Virus record (IMG/VR): IMGVR_UViG_3300017605_000154
Location: 1-64,000 of that record
From: a virus
Length of the DNA: 64,000 nt
Reading direction: 5' to 3' (one strand)
This document shows positions 1-8,766 of the stretch, piece by piece. Position numbers and translations under genes: made by a program. Numbering within the stretch: the stretch's first letter is position 1; the number at the start of each line of letters is the position of its first letter. The notes under the pieces were generated by a model, which was not told where the DNA came from, made no database searches, and saw only the letters and a list, made by a program, of their open reading frames with translations.

Positions 1-69
1 GTAGAGATACAGCGCGAAGCGACGTTGAAACGTTGCCGCTTGCGTGGCGTAGATTCGCATTGCGTCCAT
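1..69 (-). CDS. 5' part of a hypothetical gene running off the left edge (MDAMRIYATQAATFQRRFALYLY...)
   Basis: ATG at 69 preceded by AGAGGGAG SD; frame open to the window edge. Confidence 0.55.
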   Translation of the reverse strand, partial: MDAMRIYATQAATFQRRFALYLY

Positions 70-113
70 AGTTCTAGCTCCCTCTAGGTTGAGTGGTCGA
101 GCTAGCTCGCATT

Positions 114-637
114 CCGTACAGTCAAGAGAGGGAACGGCGTAGAACGGTAGAACGTTGTCTAGCGAGGGTACTACTTGCTCTTGCTCTTGCTCTTTGCCTT
201 TGCCTTTGCGGCGGCCTTTGCCTTCGACGCGGCAACCTTGGCGATGATTGCCTCGCGGTCGCGGGGAACGTAGAACCCGCGCGACTCATCGGTAAGCCGC
301 TTGACGAGCAAGCCATAGCCACGCGCCGCAGCGGCGATGCCGCTGTAGTCAACGTCGCCGATAGCCTTGGTATCGGTCGCGGTCGTTCGCTTGAAGTCAT
401 CGGCGGAAAGCCCGATGGAGTCAAAGCGGACAACGCTACCGGCTTCGACCGTCTCCAAGTGAGCGGCGACAGCCTGGCACAGTGCCGACCACTCTCCACG
501 CGCTGCAATGATCGACAACGCTTCGAGGGGTGACACGACGGTAAGTGTTGCAAGGTTGAGCTTAGCGAGAACGGACATGGTATCTCCTGTTCGGTAAACA
601 GTGAACGATGGCGCCGTTCCCTCTATTGACTGTACGG
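114..637. repeat. 26-bp inverted repeat (arms 114-139 and 612-637, 1 mismatch) enclosing gene 171-578
   Basis: CCGTACAGTCAAGAGAGGGAACGGCG versus reverse complement of 612-637, CCGTACAGTCAATAGAGGGAACGGCG. Confidence 0.95.
171..578 (-). CDS. hypothetical early protein with Lys/Ala/Ser histone-like C-terminal tail
   Basis: AACAGGAG SD before ATG 578 (MSVLAK...); ends KAKAAAKAKAKSKSKSK. Confidence 0.75.
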   Translation of the reverse strand: MSVLAKLNLATLTVVSPLEALSIIAARGEWSALCQAVAAHLETVEAGSVVRFDSIGLSADDFKRTTATDTKAIGDVDYSGIAAAARGYGLLVKRLTDESRGFYVPRDREAIIAKVAASKAKAAAKAKAKSKSKSK

Positions 638-639
638 TA

Positions 640-1024
640 AACAAGCCCCGTACATAGGATGCCGGTAGGGCTGTCGCAATAGGGCCGATACGTTGTCTAC
701 GTTGCTACTCCTGCTTCGATGTAGTCCGCTTCGCGCCGGTTACCGTAGCCGCTCGCTGTGACGCGGCCTCGCTGCACTTTCGCATCGTAGGCTGTCCCGC
801 CTAGCTACTTGTGCCGTTGTCCCGGTTAGCAATACTCGCTCGCTACTGTGCAGGCAACGCAGACTTAGTATCTCCCGTCGACCTACCCACCTTGGGCTGT
901 AAGAGAGGTTCGCACTCCCTCTCCCTAAACGCTCCGATGCTGGTCACTGGCCGGTACGGCGTGAGCTAGGCGCAAGCCTCTCACGGGCGACCGGCTACAG
1001 GAGCCATCCGAGCTATGACGTACT
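640..1024 (-). ncRNA. candidate structured ncRNA / long 5' leader
   Basis: No ORF in the track; lies downstream of a leftward promoter; nested stems (931-935/1000-1004, 951-955/990-994, 960-965/980-985, 968-971/976-979) plus hairpins whose G-U pairs form only on the - strand. Confidence 0.5.
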
Positions 1025-1029
1025 CCCTA

Positions 1030-1057
1030 AGAATAGCACGGGGTGCAGACATTGCAA
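1030..1057 (-). promoter_or_regulatory. leftward sigma70-type promoter
   Basis: TTGCAA-16 nt-TATTCT with extended -10 TGn. Confidence 0.55.
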
Positions 1058-1281
1058 CCTTGCGCCGACTGTAGACATTGCGCCAGGTTTGCACTCTTGC
1101 ATTGCCGAAACGGACAACGTCGACCGCTTGCAAGATATCGCCGGCGATAAGGATTGCGGCCGGCCTACAGCTTGCGAGAGCTCTTTTGCAAAGGAACTCT
1201 TTTGCTAGGGGTGAAGAAAAGGCAGCGAGAGGCCCCGTCTGTATCCATTTCTGTTTTTACAGTTTCGGCTTCAACTTTTGC
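1052..1281 (+). repeat. cluster of 12 same-strand TTGC motifs between the divergent promoters
   Basis: TTGC at 1052,1060,1078,1089,1097,1102,1128,1154,1172,1186,1202,1278; includes AGACATTGC x2 and CTCTTTTGC x2. Confidence 0.7.
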
Positions 1282-1283
1282 GC

Positions 1284-1312
1284 TTGACATAAGCACCCCG
1301 CTGTGCTATAAG
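1284..1312 (+). promoter_or_regulatory. rightward sigma70-type promoter
   Basis: TTGACA-17 nt-TATAAG with extended -10 TGn. Confidence 0.85.
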
Positions 1313-1319
1313 TGCCGCT

Positions 1320-1448
1320 ATGGATTATGATGACCCCATCGGGACCGAACAAAGAAAACCGGATTGGCCGCTTGTTATCTATCTTGTTTTCGCTCCGGGG
1401 ATAATCTTCGGCCTCGGCGTCCTTTTCGGCTGGTACATCTCGTCTTAA
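1320..1448 (+). CDS. 42-aa single-pass membrane protein, probably leaderless (not in ORF track)
   Basis: MDYDDPIGTEQRKPDWPLVIYLVFAPGIIFGLGVLFGWYISS; ATG 7 nt after the -10 box; TAATG coupling to the MTase. Confidence 0.7.
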   Translation: MDYDDPIGTEQRKPDWPLVIYLVFAPGIIFGLGVLFGWYISS

Positions 1449-2263
1449 TGAGCGAACTCTTCTTGCTCGACTTGTTTTGCGGAGCCGGCGGTTGCTCGAT
1501 GGGCTATCATCTTGCAGGGTTCCCCAAGGATCGAATCATCGGCGTCGACATCAATTGGTTCCGCCACTATCCATTCAAATTCGTAAGGGGTGGTGTGTTT
1601 GAACTACTACCCAAGCTCCTGCAAGAGTATCCCATTACACATATTCATGCTTCGCCACCCTGTCAAGCTTACTCTTCCGCTTCCGCAGGGCATAAGAAGT
1701 ACACACCGTATGCCGACTACGTTCCGCGCGTTCGAGAACTCCTGCAAGAATCGGGACTTCCGTACGTAATCGAAAATGTCGAAGGTGCGCCGCTGATCCC
1801 TGAGCAGACGATCTTGCTCTGCGGCACGATGTTTCCTTCAGGCGTGCCAATGACCAAAAGTGGCAAGCTCAGAGTAATTCGCCACAGGCTGTTTGAATCT
1901 AACGTTCCGCTCGTTCAGCCTGCGTCTCCGATTACACCCGACAACCTCACAGGAAATCTACCGCACAAGCCTAACTATCCAAAATACCACAAGTTTAATG
2001 GGCACCCCTACGTACGCACTACCCGTAAGGGATACGCTCATTATGGAAAACTTGATGTATGGAACGACTTTGTGATGGTTGCGGGCGGCGGTAATGCACC
2101 AGCGGATGCTTGTCGAGATGCAATGGGCATTGACTGGATGAATCGCGACGAGCTTTGCGATGCGATCCCGCCGGTCTACACGCGCCACATCGGGCGGCAG
2201 TTGCTTACGCTGCTAGACAAACCGCTCGCTGCGCTGCCTGAGATTCAGATGAGTCTCTTCTAG
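1448..2263 (+). CDS. DNA (cytosine-5) methyltransferase
   Basis: Motif I LDLFCGAGG, motif IV ASPPCQ, motif VI IENV, RHRLFE; start at MSELF. Confidence 0.9.
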   Translation: MSELFLLDLFCGAGGCSMGYHLAGFPKDRIIGVDINWFRHYPFKFVRGGVFELLPKLLQEYPITHIHASPPCQAYSSASAGHKKYTPYADYVPRVRELLQESGLPYVIENVEGAPLIPEQTILLCGTMFPSGVPMTKSGKLRVIRHRLFESNVPLVQPASPITPDNLTGNLPHKPNYPKYHKFNGHPYVRTTRKGYAHYGKLDVWNDFVMVAGGGNAPADACRDAMGIDWMNRDELCDAIPPVYTRHIGRQLLTLLDKPLAALPEIQMSLF

Positions 2264-2412
2264 GTCGGTTCGGGCCGCAAAGTCCTAGAACCTTTTCGCG
2301 CCTTTCGATAACTGGACACCCAGGGCAAAATCGCCAAGTGTGCGTTGCCTAAATTGGCAACAGCCTGGGGGTCGTGTACCGTGCAGTTTGCGTTCAAGGA
2401 AAGGATACAAAC

Positions 2413-2739
2413 ATGGAAATGAACGAGCTACCTGAAGGTGTGCAGAGGAAGCTCAACGACTATCGTAGGTCGGTCGAAGAGGCTTACGAAGCTGAGTTCA
2501 AGGTCGTTGATTCGAAGCTGTCGGGTGCGAAGACTGTTACACGCGATCAGCTTGCGGATCTAGCTTCGGATGCCGTTCTCTGTCTTGCAGAAGTTATGCG
2601 AGATGGCGAGAAGGATGGCGATAGGATCAATGCTGCCAAGTACGTGCTGGATAAGGTGCTTGGTAAGGATGCAGTGCTTGATCCGGACGATCCGATGTCC
2701 GAGATGATTAAGAAGCTGACCGCTAACAAGAGTGAGTAG
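2413..2739 (+). CDS. probable terminase small subunit
   Basis: Small helical protein with DRINAAKYVLDKVLG, typical of TerS-like oligomerisation helices; strong SD. Confidence 0.5.
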   Translation: MEMNELPEGVQRKLNDYRRSVEEAYEAEFKVVDSKLSGAKTVTRDQLADLASDAVLCLAEVMRDGEKDGDRINAAKYVLDKVLGKDAVLDPDDPMSEMIKKLTANKSE

Positions 2740-2977
2740 GTGGAGTTTTGCGGCGGCGGCTTCGACGGTGGGCGAGATACCGCATTCGGTACAAGCTTCT
2801 CTGGACGTGCAAAAGGATCGAGCCTTGGGCAACCAGCAGATGATTGAACAGATGGAAGCTGCCGCCAAAAGTGTTACGCGACTCGTTGAGTCTGGGCTGT
2901 GGGGCAGTGGCCCGTTTTCACTCGCGCTTTCTGGCGATGAGAAAAGCTTCTACCTCTCGGTGGTGAATGGTGGCTAG
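2732..2977 (+). CDS. hypothetical protein
   Basis: Coupled ORF in the + operon. Confidence 0.6.
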   Translation: MSRWSFAAAASTVGEIPHSVQASLDVQKDRALGNQQMIEQMEAAAKSVTRLVESGLWGSGPFSLALSGDEKSFYLSVVNGG

Positions 2978-3359
2978 GGCGCTATACATGAAAGGCCCCA
3001 CCATTGGGCTGCCTGCCGAGATTCCTTTTCGTTCGGATCGCGAGTACACGTTTTGCAGACTTTGCGGAGACATCTTCCAGCCCGCACTTGAGCGGTACTC
3101 GGACGAAGACTATACGCCTTTGGTGCAGGCGCAGTCGCAAGAGATGCAAAGATGGTGGCGTGACACCCACAACAAGACGCATCAAGATTGGGAACACGAA
3201 CAGTTCCTAAATAGTGGTCGGTTCCTCAGTCCGGAAGCAACTTACAAGCTCGTCCCTTACGGCATCATTCCGTTGAGTGACCTTGTCTTCGACGGCGATA
3301 GTGCTGCCGCTGGCCTAGAAGCTCCAAGAATGCCCGACTTCAATAACTACGAATGGTAG
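2967..3359 (+). CDS. hypothetical protein, CxxC...HxxxH putative Zn finger
   Basis: CRLC ... HNKTH. Confidence 0.65.
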   Translation: MVARALYMKGPTIGLPAEIPFRSDREYTFCRLCGDIFQPALERYSDEDYTPLVQAQSQEMQRWWRDTHNKTHQDWEHEQFLNSGRFLSPEATYKLVPYGIIPLSDLVFDGDSAAAGLEAPRMPDFNNYEW

Positions 3360-3371
3360 TGAGGAGGATAA

Positions 3372-3779
3372 ATGCCGTTTTACGAAATCGTGTACGAAAC
3401 TGGCAACGTGTCAGTTGCAGAGTACGCGGACGACGCCGAAGCACTTGAAGGTGCAGGGGCACATGACAAGAAGGCGCGTGAAGGTGGTCAGGCTGGGCCG
3501 CAGGGCGGGCCTGCAGAGCGCGTTGCAAAGATTTACAAGTATGCAGAGCATCCGGACAATTACAACACTGAGCAGACAGCAAGCGCGGACGTTCTTCAGA
3601 AGGAAGTGAGCGAGCTTATCAAGGCGCTCTCCGACAAGAATGGCGTCGTGTCGATTGACCAGCTAGTTGTGCAGGTTCGTAACCTCACGCATCCGATGAC
3701 TGAGAAGGAGAATCCGTTTGATTCTCAGTTCAAGATGAAGGAAGACGCAGTGCTGACTCTCGATGGGGGTGGGAAGTAA
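3372..3779 (+). CDS. hypothetical protein
   Basis: GAGGAGG SD, coupled to the next gene. Confidence 0.75.
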   Translation: MPFYEIVYETGNVSVAEYADDAEALEGAGAHDKKAREGGQAGPQGGPAERVAKIYKYAEHPDNYNTEQTASADVLQKEVSELIKALSDKNGVVSIDQLVVQVRNLTHPMTEKENPFDSQFKMKEDAVLTLDGGGK

Positions 3780-4279
3780 TGGCAACCATCGTGTTCCAGC
3801 GCATGTCGCAGCTTGTGACCGATTACGTTCTCGGCGCAAGCGGTTCGATTACTCCTCCGTCGTCGTGGACGATGGGCCTCTCTACTACCGTTGTCGGTAC
3901 CGGCTCCAACATGGCACGGGGTAGCGTTTGGTCTGCAACTGTTACGGGTTCCAACGTCAATGAGATTGGTTCGACTACTGCAGCCGGTTACGCGCGGCAG
4001 ACAATTGCAAAGTCGATCAACCAGGCGGGTATTGACTGGGGAACTTCATCTTTCGACAGCACGTTCTCAACTGGTGGACAGTCCACGACTGCCGATCAGG
4101 TTACGTTTGGCGCTTTCACGGGTTCTGGCCCTTCGCCGAACGGTGCAAACTCTTGGGCGCTTACCGATGGCACGACGCTCAACGCGGGTCAGTTGTATTT
4201 TGCGGCGGATACAGCGGCTACTCGTACATTCGCAGTCGGTGACACCGAGAAGGTTACGGCAACGCTCAAGGCTGGCTAG
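3779..4279 (+). CDS. virion structural protein (family preceding fibre genes, 'GYARQ' type)
   Basis: NE...GYARQTI...VTF...LYF...RTFAVGD pattern seen in phage fibre-associated proteins. Confidence 0.65.
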   Translation: MATIVFQRMSQLVTDYVLGASGSITPPSSWTMGLSTTVVGTGSNMARGSVWSATVTGSNVNEIGSTTAAGYARQTIAKSINQAGIDWGTSSFDSTFSTGGQSTTADQVTFGAFTGSGPSPNGANSWALTDGTTLNAGQLYFAADTAATRTFAVGDTEKVTATLKAG

Positions 4280-4281
4280 TC

Positions 4282-4938
4282 ATGGCGAGCCTTACAGCAT
4301 CGCCTAGTACAGTACGTGCAGGGCAATCGGTTACGCTATTGGGCGAAGGCTTTGCTGCGTCTACGCCCATTGCAATCAGAGTGCCAGAAGTGGGCTTTGC
4401 CGCCGAGATTCCATCGAACGCCGGTGGAGTTGTTTCGAATGACGACATTGCCGATCACGCTACTGTAACTCTGACTTCTGCGGGCCAGCCTACGGCTGGT
4501 GAAACTGTCACACTTGGCTCAAAGACCTACACGTTCCGTGCATCCACGGTGCCTGCCGCCAATGATGTACTTATTGGTGGCAGTGCATCGATTACCCTGG
4601 ACAATCTCAAGGCTGCAGTAAATGGCGCTGCAGGTGCAGGGACGCTATATGGAACGGGTACGGTTGCGAATGCCGATATCGTTGCAGGACAGAAGACTGC
4701 GACCACGATCGTTTTTCATGCGAGGCTAGCAGGGCCGGAAGGTAACTCGCTCGCTTCAACTGAAACTGCAGCCACAGCATTGTCCTTTGGATCGGCAACC
4801 CTATTGGGTGGCGCTAACGATCCAACTGGAATCAAGCTGATGGATTGGAGTCCTGGTAGACCCGGTACTTATCTCGTTACCGCAACGGATGGTACAACGT
4901 CTGCGAGTGTCAACGTTCGGGTGTTCGCAGCTACCTAG
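4282..4938 (+). CDS. virion structural protein, Ala/Gly/Thr-rich beta protein
   Basis: Composition and context; GETVTLGSKTYTF...NDVLIG...TLDNLKAAVN. Confidence 0.65.
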   Translation: MASLTASPSTVRAGQSVTLLGEGFAASTPIAIRVPEVGFAAEIPSNAGGVVSNDDIADHATVTLTSAGQPTAGETVTLGSKTYTFRASTVPAANDVLIGGSASITLDNLKAAVNGAAGAGTLYGTGTVANADIVAGQKTATTIVFHARLAGPEGNSLASTETAATALSFGSATLLGGANDPTGIKLMDWSPGRPGTYLVTATDGTTSASVNVRVFAAT

Positions 4939-4996
4939 ACTGTATGCTTGTGAAAGCACAGCGCAGTTTGGGTGAACGTTATGGGAGGGGTCAGTA

Positions 4997-7900
4997 ATGG
5001 CCCCTCCCACTAACGACAACTTTTCGAACGCTCAAGGGCCACTCAGCACATCGCTGCCTGGGTCGGCATCGGGCACTACTTTCGATGCAACTAAAGAAGG
5101 TACTGAGCCGGCGTTCGCAACAAACGATCAAAGCGTATGGTTCTACTTCATTCCAGGTTCTTCGGGATGGTACAAGTTCTGGGTCGATGCAGCGGATATC
5201 GTAACTCACAACGGGCAGAGCATGGGTATCGCTATTGGTACTCCTACCACTCTTGCCGGTTATACACTATCCGCCGTTGAGTCTTATGTTGCGCATCCTA
5301 CTAGTCAGAGCTTTGCGGGTTTTCCGACTGTCGCGATGTTCCTCACGTCGGGTACGACGTACTACATTAAGGTATGGTCGAATAGGTCTGGGAGTGCAAA
5401 CTCGGAGTCGGTCGACTTTACGCTTAGGTGGGATTCCTTCTCGCCCCCAGGCAACAACAACTTCGCAAGCCCGACCGCTGTGGGGTCGTTGCCTGCAAGT
5501 TTGACGGTTGGTACTAAAGATGCCACGATGGAGGCAAGCGAGCCTCTAATCAACTCTCCTACCTATTCTGCGATTCAAAGCCGGTGGTATACCTTTACAG
5601 CGGCAGCCGCAGGTCTACACCGAGTGCGCTTAGTAAAGGCAGATTTCGCATTTACAGGTACACATCTGACCGGCGTGGTCGATGGGATCGATCAAACGCC
5701 TGGGATTATATACGCGCAAGTATTTACGGACTTCGTCGATACGCTGGCAGAGACTACTGAAGCGAATGCGCTGGCAGTCAATCAAATCGGTGAGACTTCT
5801 AGTGGTGATGTAGTACTTTCATTTGTGGCGCCGAGTGCAGGCACGTACTACATTCGCGTCGGTACACCCTACAAGATCAAGTCTACCGTCAGCGATAACG
5901 GCTATGGCTTTAACGATCAGGTTGCTTCGACTACTATGCAGGTGGAAGTTTCTAGTCCACCGGCTAACAACAATTTTGCAAGTCCTACCGCTCTCAGCAC
6001 GACGTTGCCGGGAACGCTAACCGGGCAGACAACGTTTGATTCGACGCAAGAAGCTACGGAACCAGACGTATTTTCGTCCGGCGCGAATATTGAGCAAAGC
6101 GTATGGTACACATTTACACCCACCGTTTCGGGAGTTTACGCTTTTAAGATTCCGCTGGCTAGCGCGGTATATAACGGTACTAACGATGCATCTAGTGGAG
6201 AACTAAATATCGGTATTTGGGATGAGACTGTCCTAACCGATATGACCACGGCTAATATAATGGCACAGGACGAAATTTTTACCGCTCCGAGCTGGAGTAG
6301 TCCTCACGATGCTGCTATTTTGGTCAATCTTGTCTCAGGTACGACATATCACATCAAAGTCGCATCCGGTTTCGGCACGACATACAACCGCTCAACGTGT
6401 AACTTCACTCTTCAGTGGGATATTATGCCCACGATTACGAATGATGACTTCGCTAGCGCCCAAGCGATTAGCGGTTCAAGTGGATCAGTTGATCCAGTCC
6501 ATACTGCAGGCAGCACATTCCAGACAGGTGCAAGCGAACCACCTTCGATGTACTGGAATGGTGCGCAGACTCAGGGTACGGTATGGTTCGATTGGACGTG
6601 TCCCGCTACTGGCGACTACGTATTCAAGATTGAAGGCACAGAGGATACTACTGGCGGATCGCTCGTACCGAGCTTCGATCTTGCTGTATGGCAAGGTAGC
6701 TCGATAGGTTCGCTAACCAAGGTTTGCCGCTCTTGGATAGGTTCGCAGAACCTTGAAGGTCGACCGTGGTCGCAAGCTACCGCCGTGGGCTTCCACGGCA
6801 TAAGCGGCCAGCATTACAAGATTCAGGTTACGAACTGGAACCCGATTTACAACGATGCGAAACTATCATGGCGAACGAATACTGTCACTGGCGACAGTAC
6901 GGCTGCTCCTGCATCGTTCCCGAACGGGCGCACTAACAACTACGGCAATGATGATAGTGAGCCGCCACCTAACTTTGCTACCATTCTAGGCGGGCATGAT
7001 TCGTGGTGGTTTACCGATGGTCAGGTCGGCCACGTTAAGTGGTTCAAGGCTGTTTACTCCGATACACAGACCATCACGATCGATGGTAAGCAGTTCGATG
7101 GGCTCAATTCCGCCACGGTTACTAGTGTTCTGATCGGAGATGTCGGGCTGATCGTATACAAGGGTGCCAACTACGGATCACTGGCCGTAGCAAAGATATC
7201 TGGCACTACCGTAAATGCAGCCATGATGCTATCGAATGGCTATTTCTCAGGCACGGGAACAGATCGCGCTAGGTTGTTGTCCTTGAATACGCCGGGTTCA
7301 TCCGACGGTGAAGATTTCATGGACGTCGATGTTACTGCCGGAGATACCGTATGGATTGCACTCTTCGGCCTGTACGATGCAGACTACGCAGGTTCGGACT
7401 CTCTCGATGCACAGCAGTTTGAACTCGACTTGCATGTTCCTATTGCCGCACCTGCCAACGATAATTGGCAGGACGTATGGGATAACGACACTTTCGCATA
7501 TTGGCTCAACTACGGCAAGTATCCTCTGCCAAATGGTTTCTTCGATCAATCTAATGCCGTCCATCGTACGGGTAGTACGGTTGGTGGCACTGCAGAAGTG
7601 GGCGAAGGCGCTAGAGCGGGCTTTGCGGCTACACGTTCCGTCTGGTACTACTGGTTCCCTGATAGCGCCGATCCGCGCGATTGGACGCTGACAGTAGATT
7701 CTACGGTTGATTGCGTTCTAGGCGTTTACGACGTGGACTACCCTTCGGGCGATCTACTTGCACTTATGTATGAGGATGACGATAGCGGTACTGGCAACCA
7801 CCCACAGATCGTGATTACTCCCACGCAGCTATTTGCCGATGGATGGTCAGGCGATGCGTTGGCTATCGTCGTGGACTCAAAGACAGAAGGCGCGTTCGAT

Positions 7901-8752
7901 CTATACCTCTCTCGCGAGCTAAGTGGGGGCACTCCACCGAGCAACGATAATTTTGCATCAGCCGCCGTTATTAGTAGTCTTCCATTCTCCGCATCAGGTA
8001 CTACGGTGGATGCGGACGCTGAGTTTGACGAGCCTAATGCAGAGTTCTTGAGTGCGGGTAGTCCGAAGGATTCGGTCTGGTACAAGTATGTAGCCACATT
8101 CAACGGTCAGCTTGGAATCAAGGCCGCATGCAATTCGAACAACGACGACGGCTATGTCTACGTCGATACGTGGCGTGGAACGAGCTTCGCGAATCTAGTG
8201 CGCGATCCCGAACCACCCAAAAGCAATAAGGGATTCTTCGGTTTCGGTGATGCGCCTGCCATAGTGAAGCAGAACGCTCTTACCGTGAACGTTGTTAGTG
8301 GTCAAACCTACTACATTCGGGTGCTGACTGAGAGTGGTGGTTCCGAAGATTTCACAGTCTACGCCGATGTCGATGGAATCTACCTAGACCTGCAAGTTAG
8401 CGCGATCGAAGAGATGCATGGTACGTTGATCGACAGTGCGACCATCCTTGTCGATCTGCAAGCTTCGGGCATCGATCGCTATTCTCTTACTACCGACGCT
8501 GCCACCCTCTTGCTTGACTTGCAGCCAAGCGGTGTTGAAGTGAAAGGTTTCCAGTACACGGACACCGGCTCTATCTACGTGAATCTGACCGCAATTGTTG
8601 CGGATGAATGCATATTTCATCTTGAGCCGTCATGGATCGTGGATGGTATTCGCAAGTGGTCTTGGAATGGATCGAGCCGGCGATGGGCAGTTGGAGATAC
8701 ATCGCGAAGGTGGACATGGATCGAAGGCGAAGGCCAACCCCAGATTTGTTAG
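4997..8752 (+). CDS. 1251-aa adhesin-like virion protein: ~7 tandem PPxNDNFA beta-sandwich (PPC-like) domains plus C-terminal YLDLQ repeats
   Basis: Domains start PPTNDNF/PPGNNNF/PPANNNF/ITNDDF/APANDNW/PPSNDNF, most with SVWY/F and GTTYYI motifs; four ~20-aa DxxTxxxDLQ repeats; W/R-rich end. Confidence 0.75.
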   Translation: MAPPTNDNFSNAQGPLSTSLPGSASGTTFDATKEGTEPAFATNDQSVWFYFIPGSSGWYKFWVDAADIVTHNGQSMGIAIGTPTTLAGYTLSAVESYVAHPTSQSFAGFPTVAMFLTSGTTYYIKVWSNRSGSANSESVDFTLRWDSFSPPGNNNFASPTAVGSLPASLTVGTKDATMEASEPLINSPTYSAIQSRWYTFTAAAAGLHRVRLVKADFAFTGTHLTGVVDGIDQTPGIIYAQVFTDFVDTLAETTEANALAVNQIGETSSGDVVLSFVAPSAGTYYIRVGTPYKIKSTVSDNGYGFNDQVASTTMQVEVSSPPANNNFASPTALSTTLPGTLTGQTTFDSTQEATEPDVFSSGANIEQSVWYTFTPTVSGVYAFKIPLASAVYNGTNDASSGELNIGIWDETVLTDMTTANIMAQDEIFTAPSWSSPHDAAILVNLVSGTTYHIKVASGFGTTYNRSTCNFTLQWDIMPTITNDDFASAQAISGSSGSVDPVHTAGSTFQTGASEPPSMYWNGAQTQGTVWFDWTCPATGDYVFKIEGTEDTTGGSLVPSFDLAVWQGSSIGSLTKVCRSWIGSQNLEGRPWSQATAVGFHGISGQHYKIQVTNWNPIYNDAKLSWRTNTVTGDSTAAPASFPNGRTNNYGNDDSEPPPNFATILGGHDSWWFTDGQVGHVKWFKAVYSDTQTITIDGKQFDGLNSATVTSVLIGDVGLIVYKGANYGSLAVAKISGTTVNAAMMLSNGYFSGTGTDRARLLSLNTPGSSDGEDFMDVDVTAGDTVWIALFGLYDADYAGSDSLDAQQFELDLHVPIAAPANDNWQDVWDNDTFAYWLNYGKYPLPNGFFDQSNAVHRTGSTVGGTAEVGEGARAGFAATRSVWYYWFPDSADPRDWTLTVDSTVDCVLGVYDVDYPSGDLLALMYEDDDSGTGNHPQIVITPTQLFADGWSGDALAIVVDSKTEGAFDLYLSRELSGGTPPSNDNFASAAVISSLPFSASGTTVDADAEFDEPNAEFLSAGSPKDSVWYKYVATFNGQLGIKAACNSNNDDGYVYVDTWRGTSFANLVRDPEPPKSNKGFFGFGDAPAIVKQNALTVNVVSGQTYYIRVLTESGGSEDFTVYADVDGIYLDLQVSAIEEMHGTLIDSATILVDLQASGIDRYSLTTDAATLLLDLQPSGVEVKGFQYTDTGSIYVNLTAIVADECIFHLEPSWIVDGIRKWSWNGSSRRWAVGDTSRRWTWIEGEGQPQIC

Positions 8753-8766
8753 GTTAGCGAGGAGCT

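Noticed and set aside
114-637. IS/MITE with terminal inverted repeats
   Set aside because: No transposase motifs in the enclosed ORF and no target-site duplication flanking the arms
2381-4970. GCAGTTTG upstream of genes 2413 and 4997 as a late-promoter motif
   Set aside because: Only two instances noticed, which is compatible with chance
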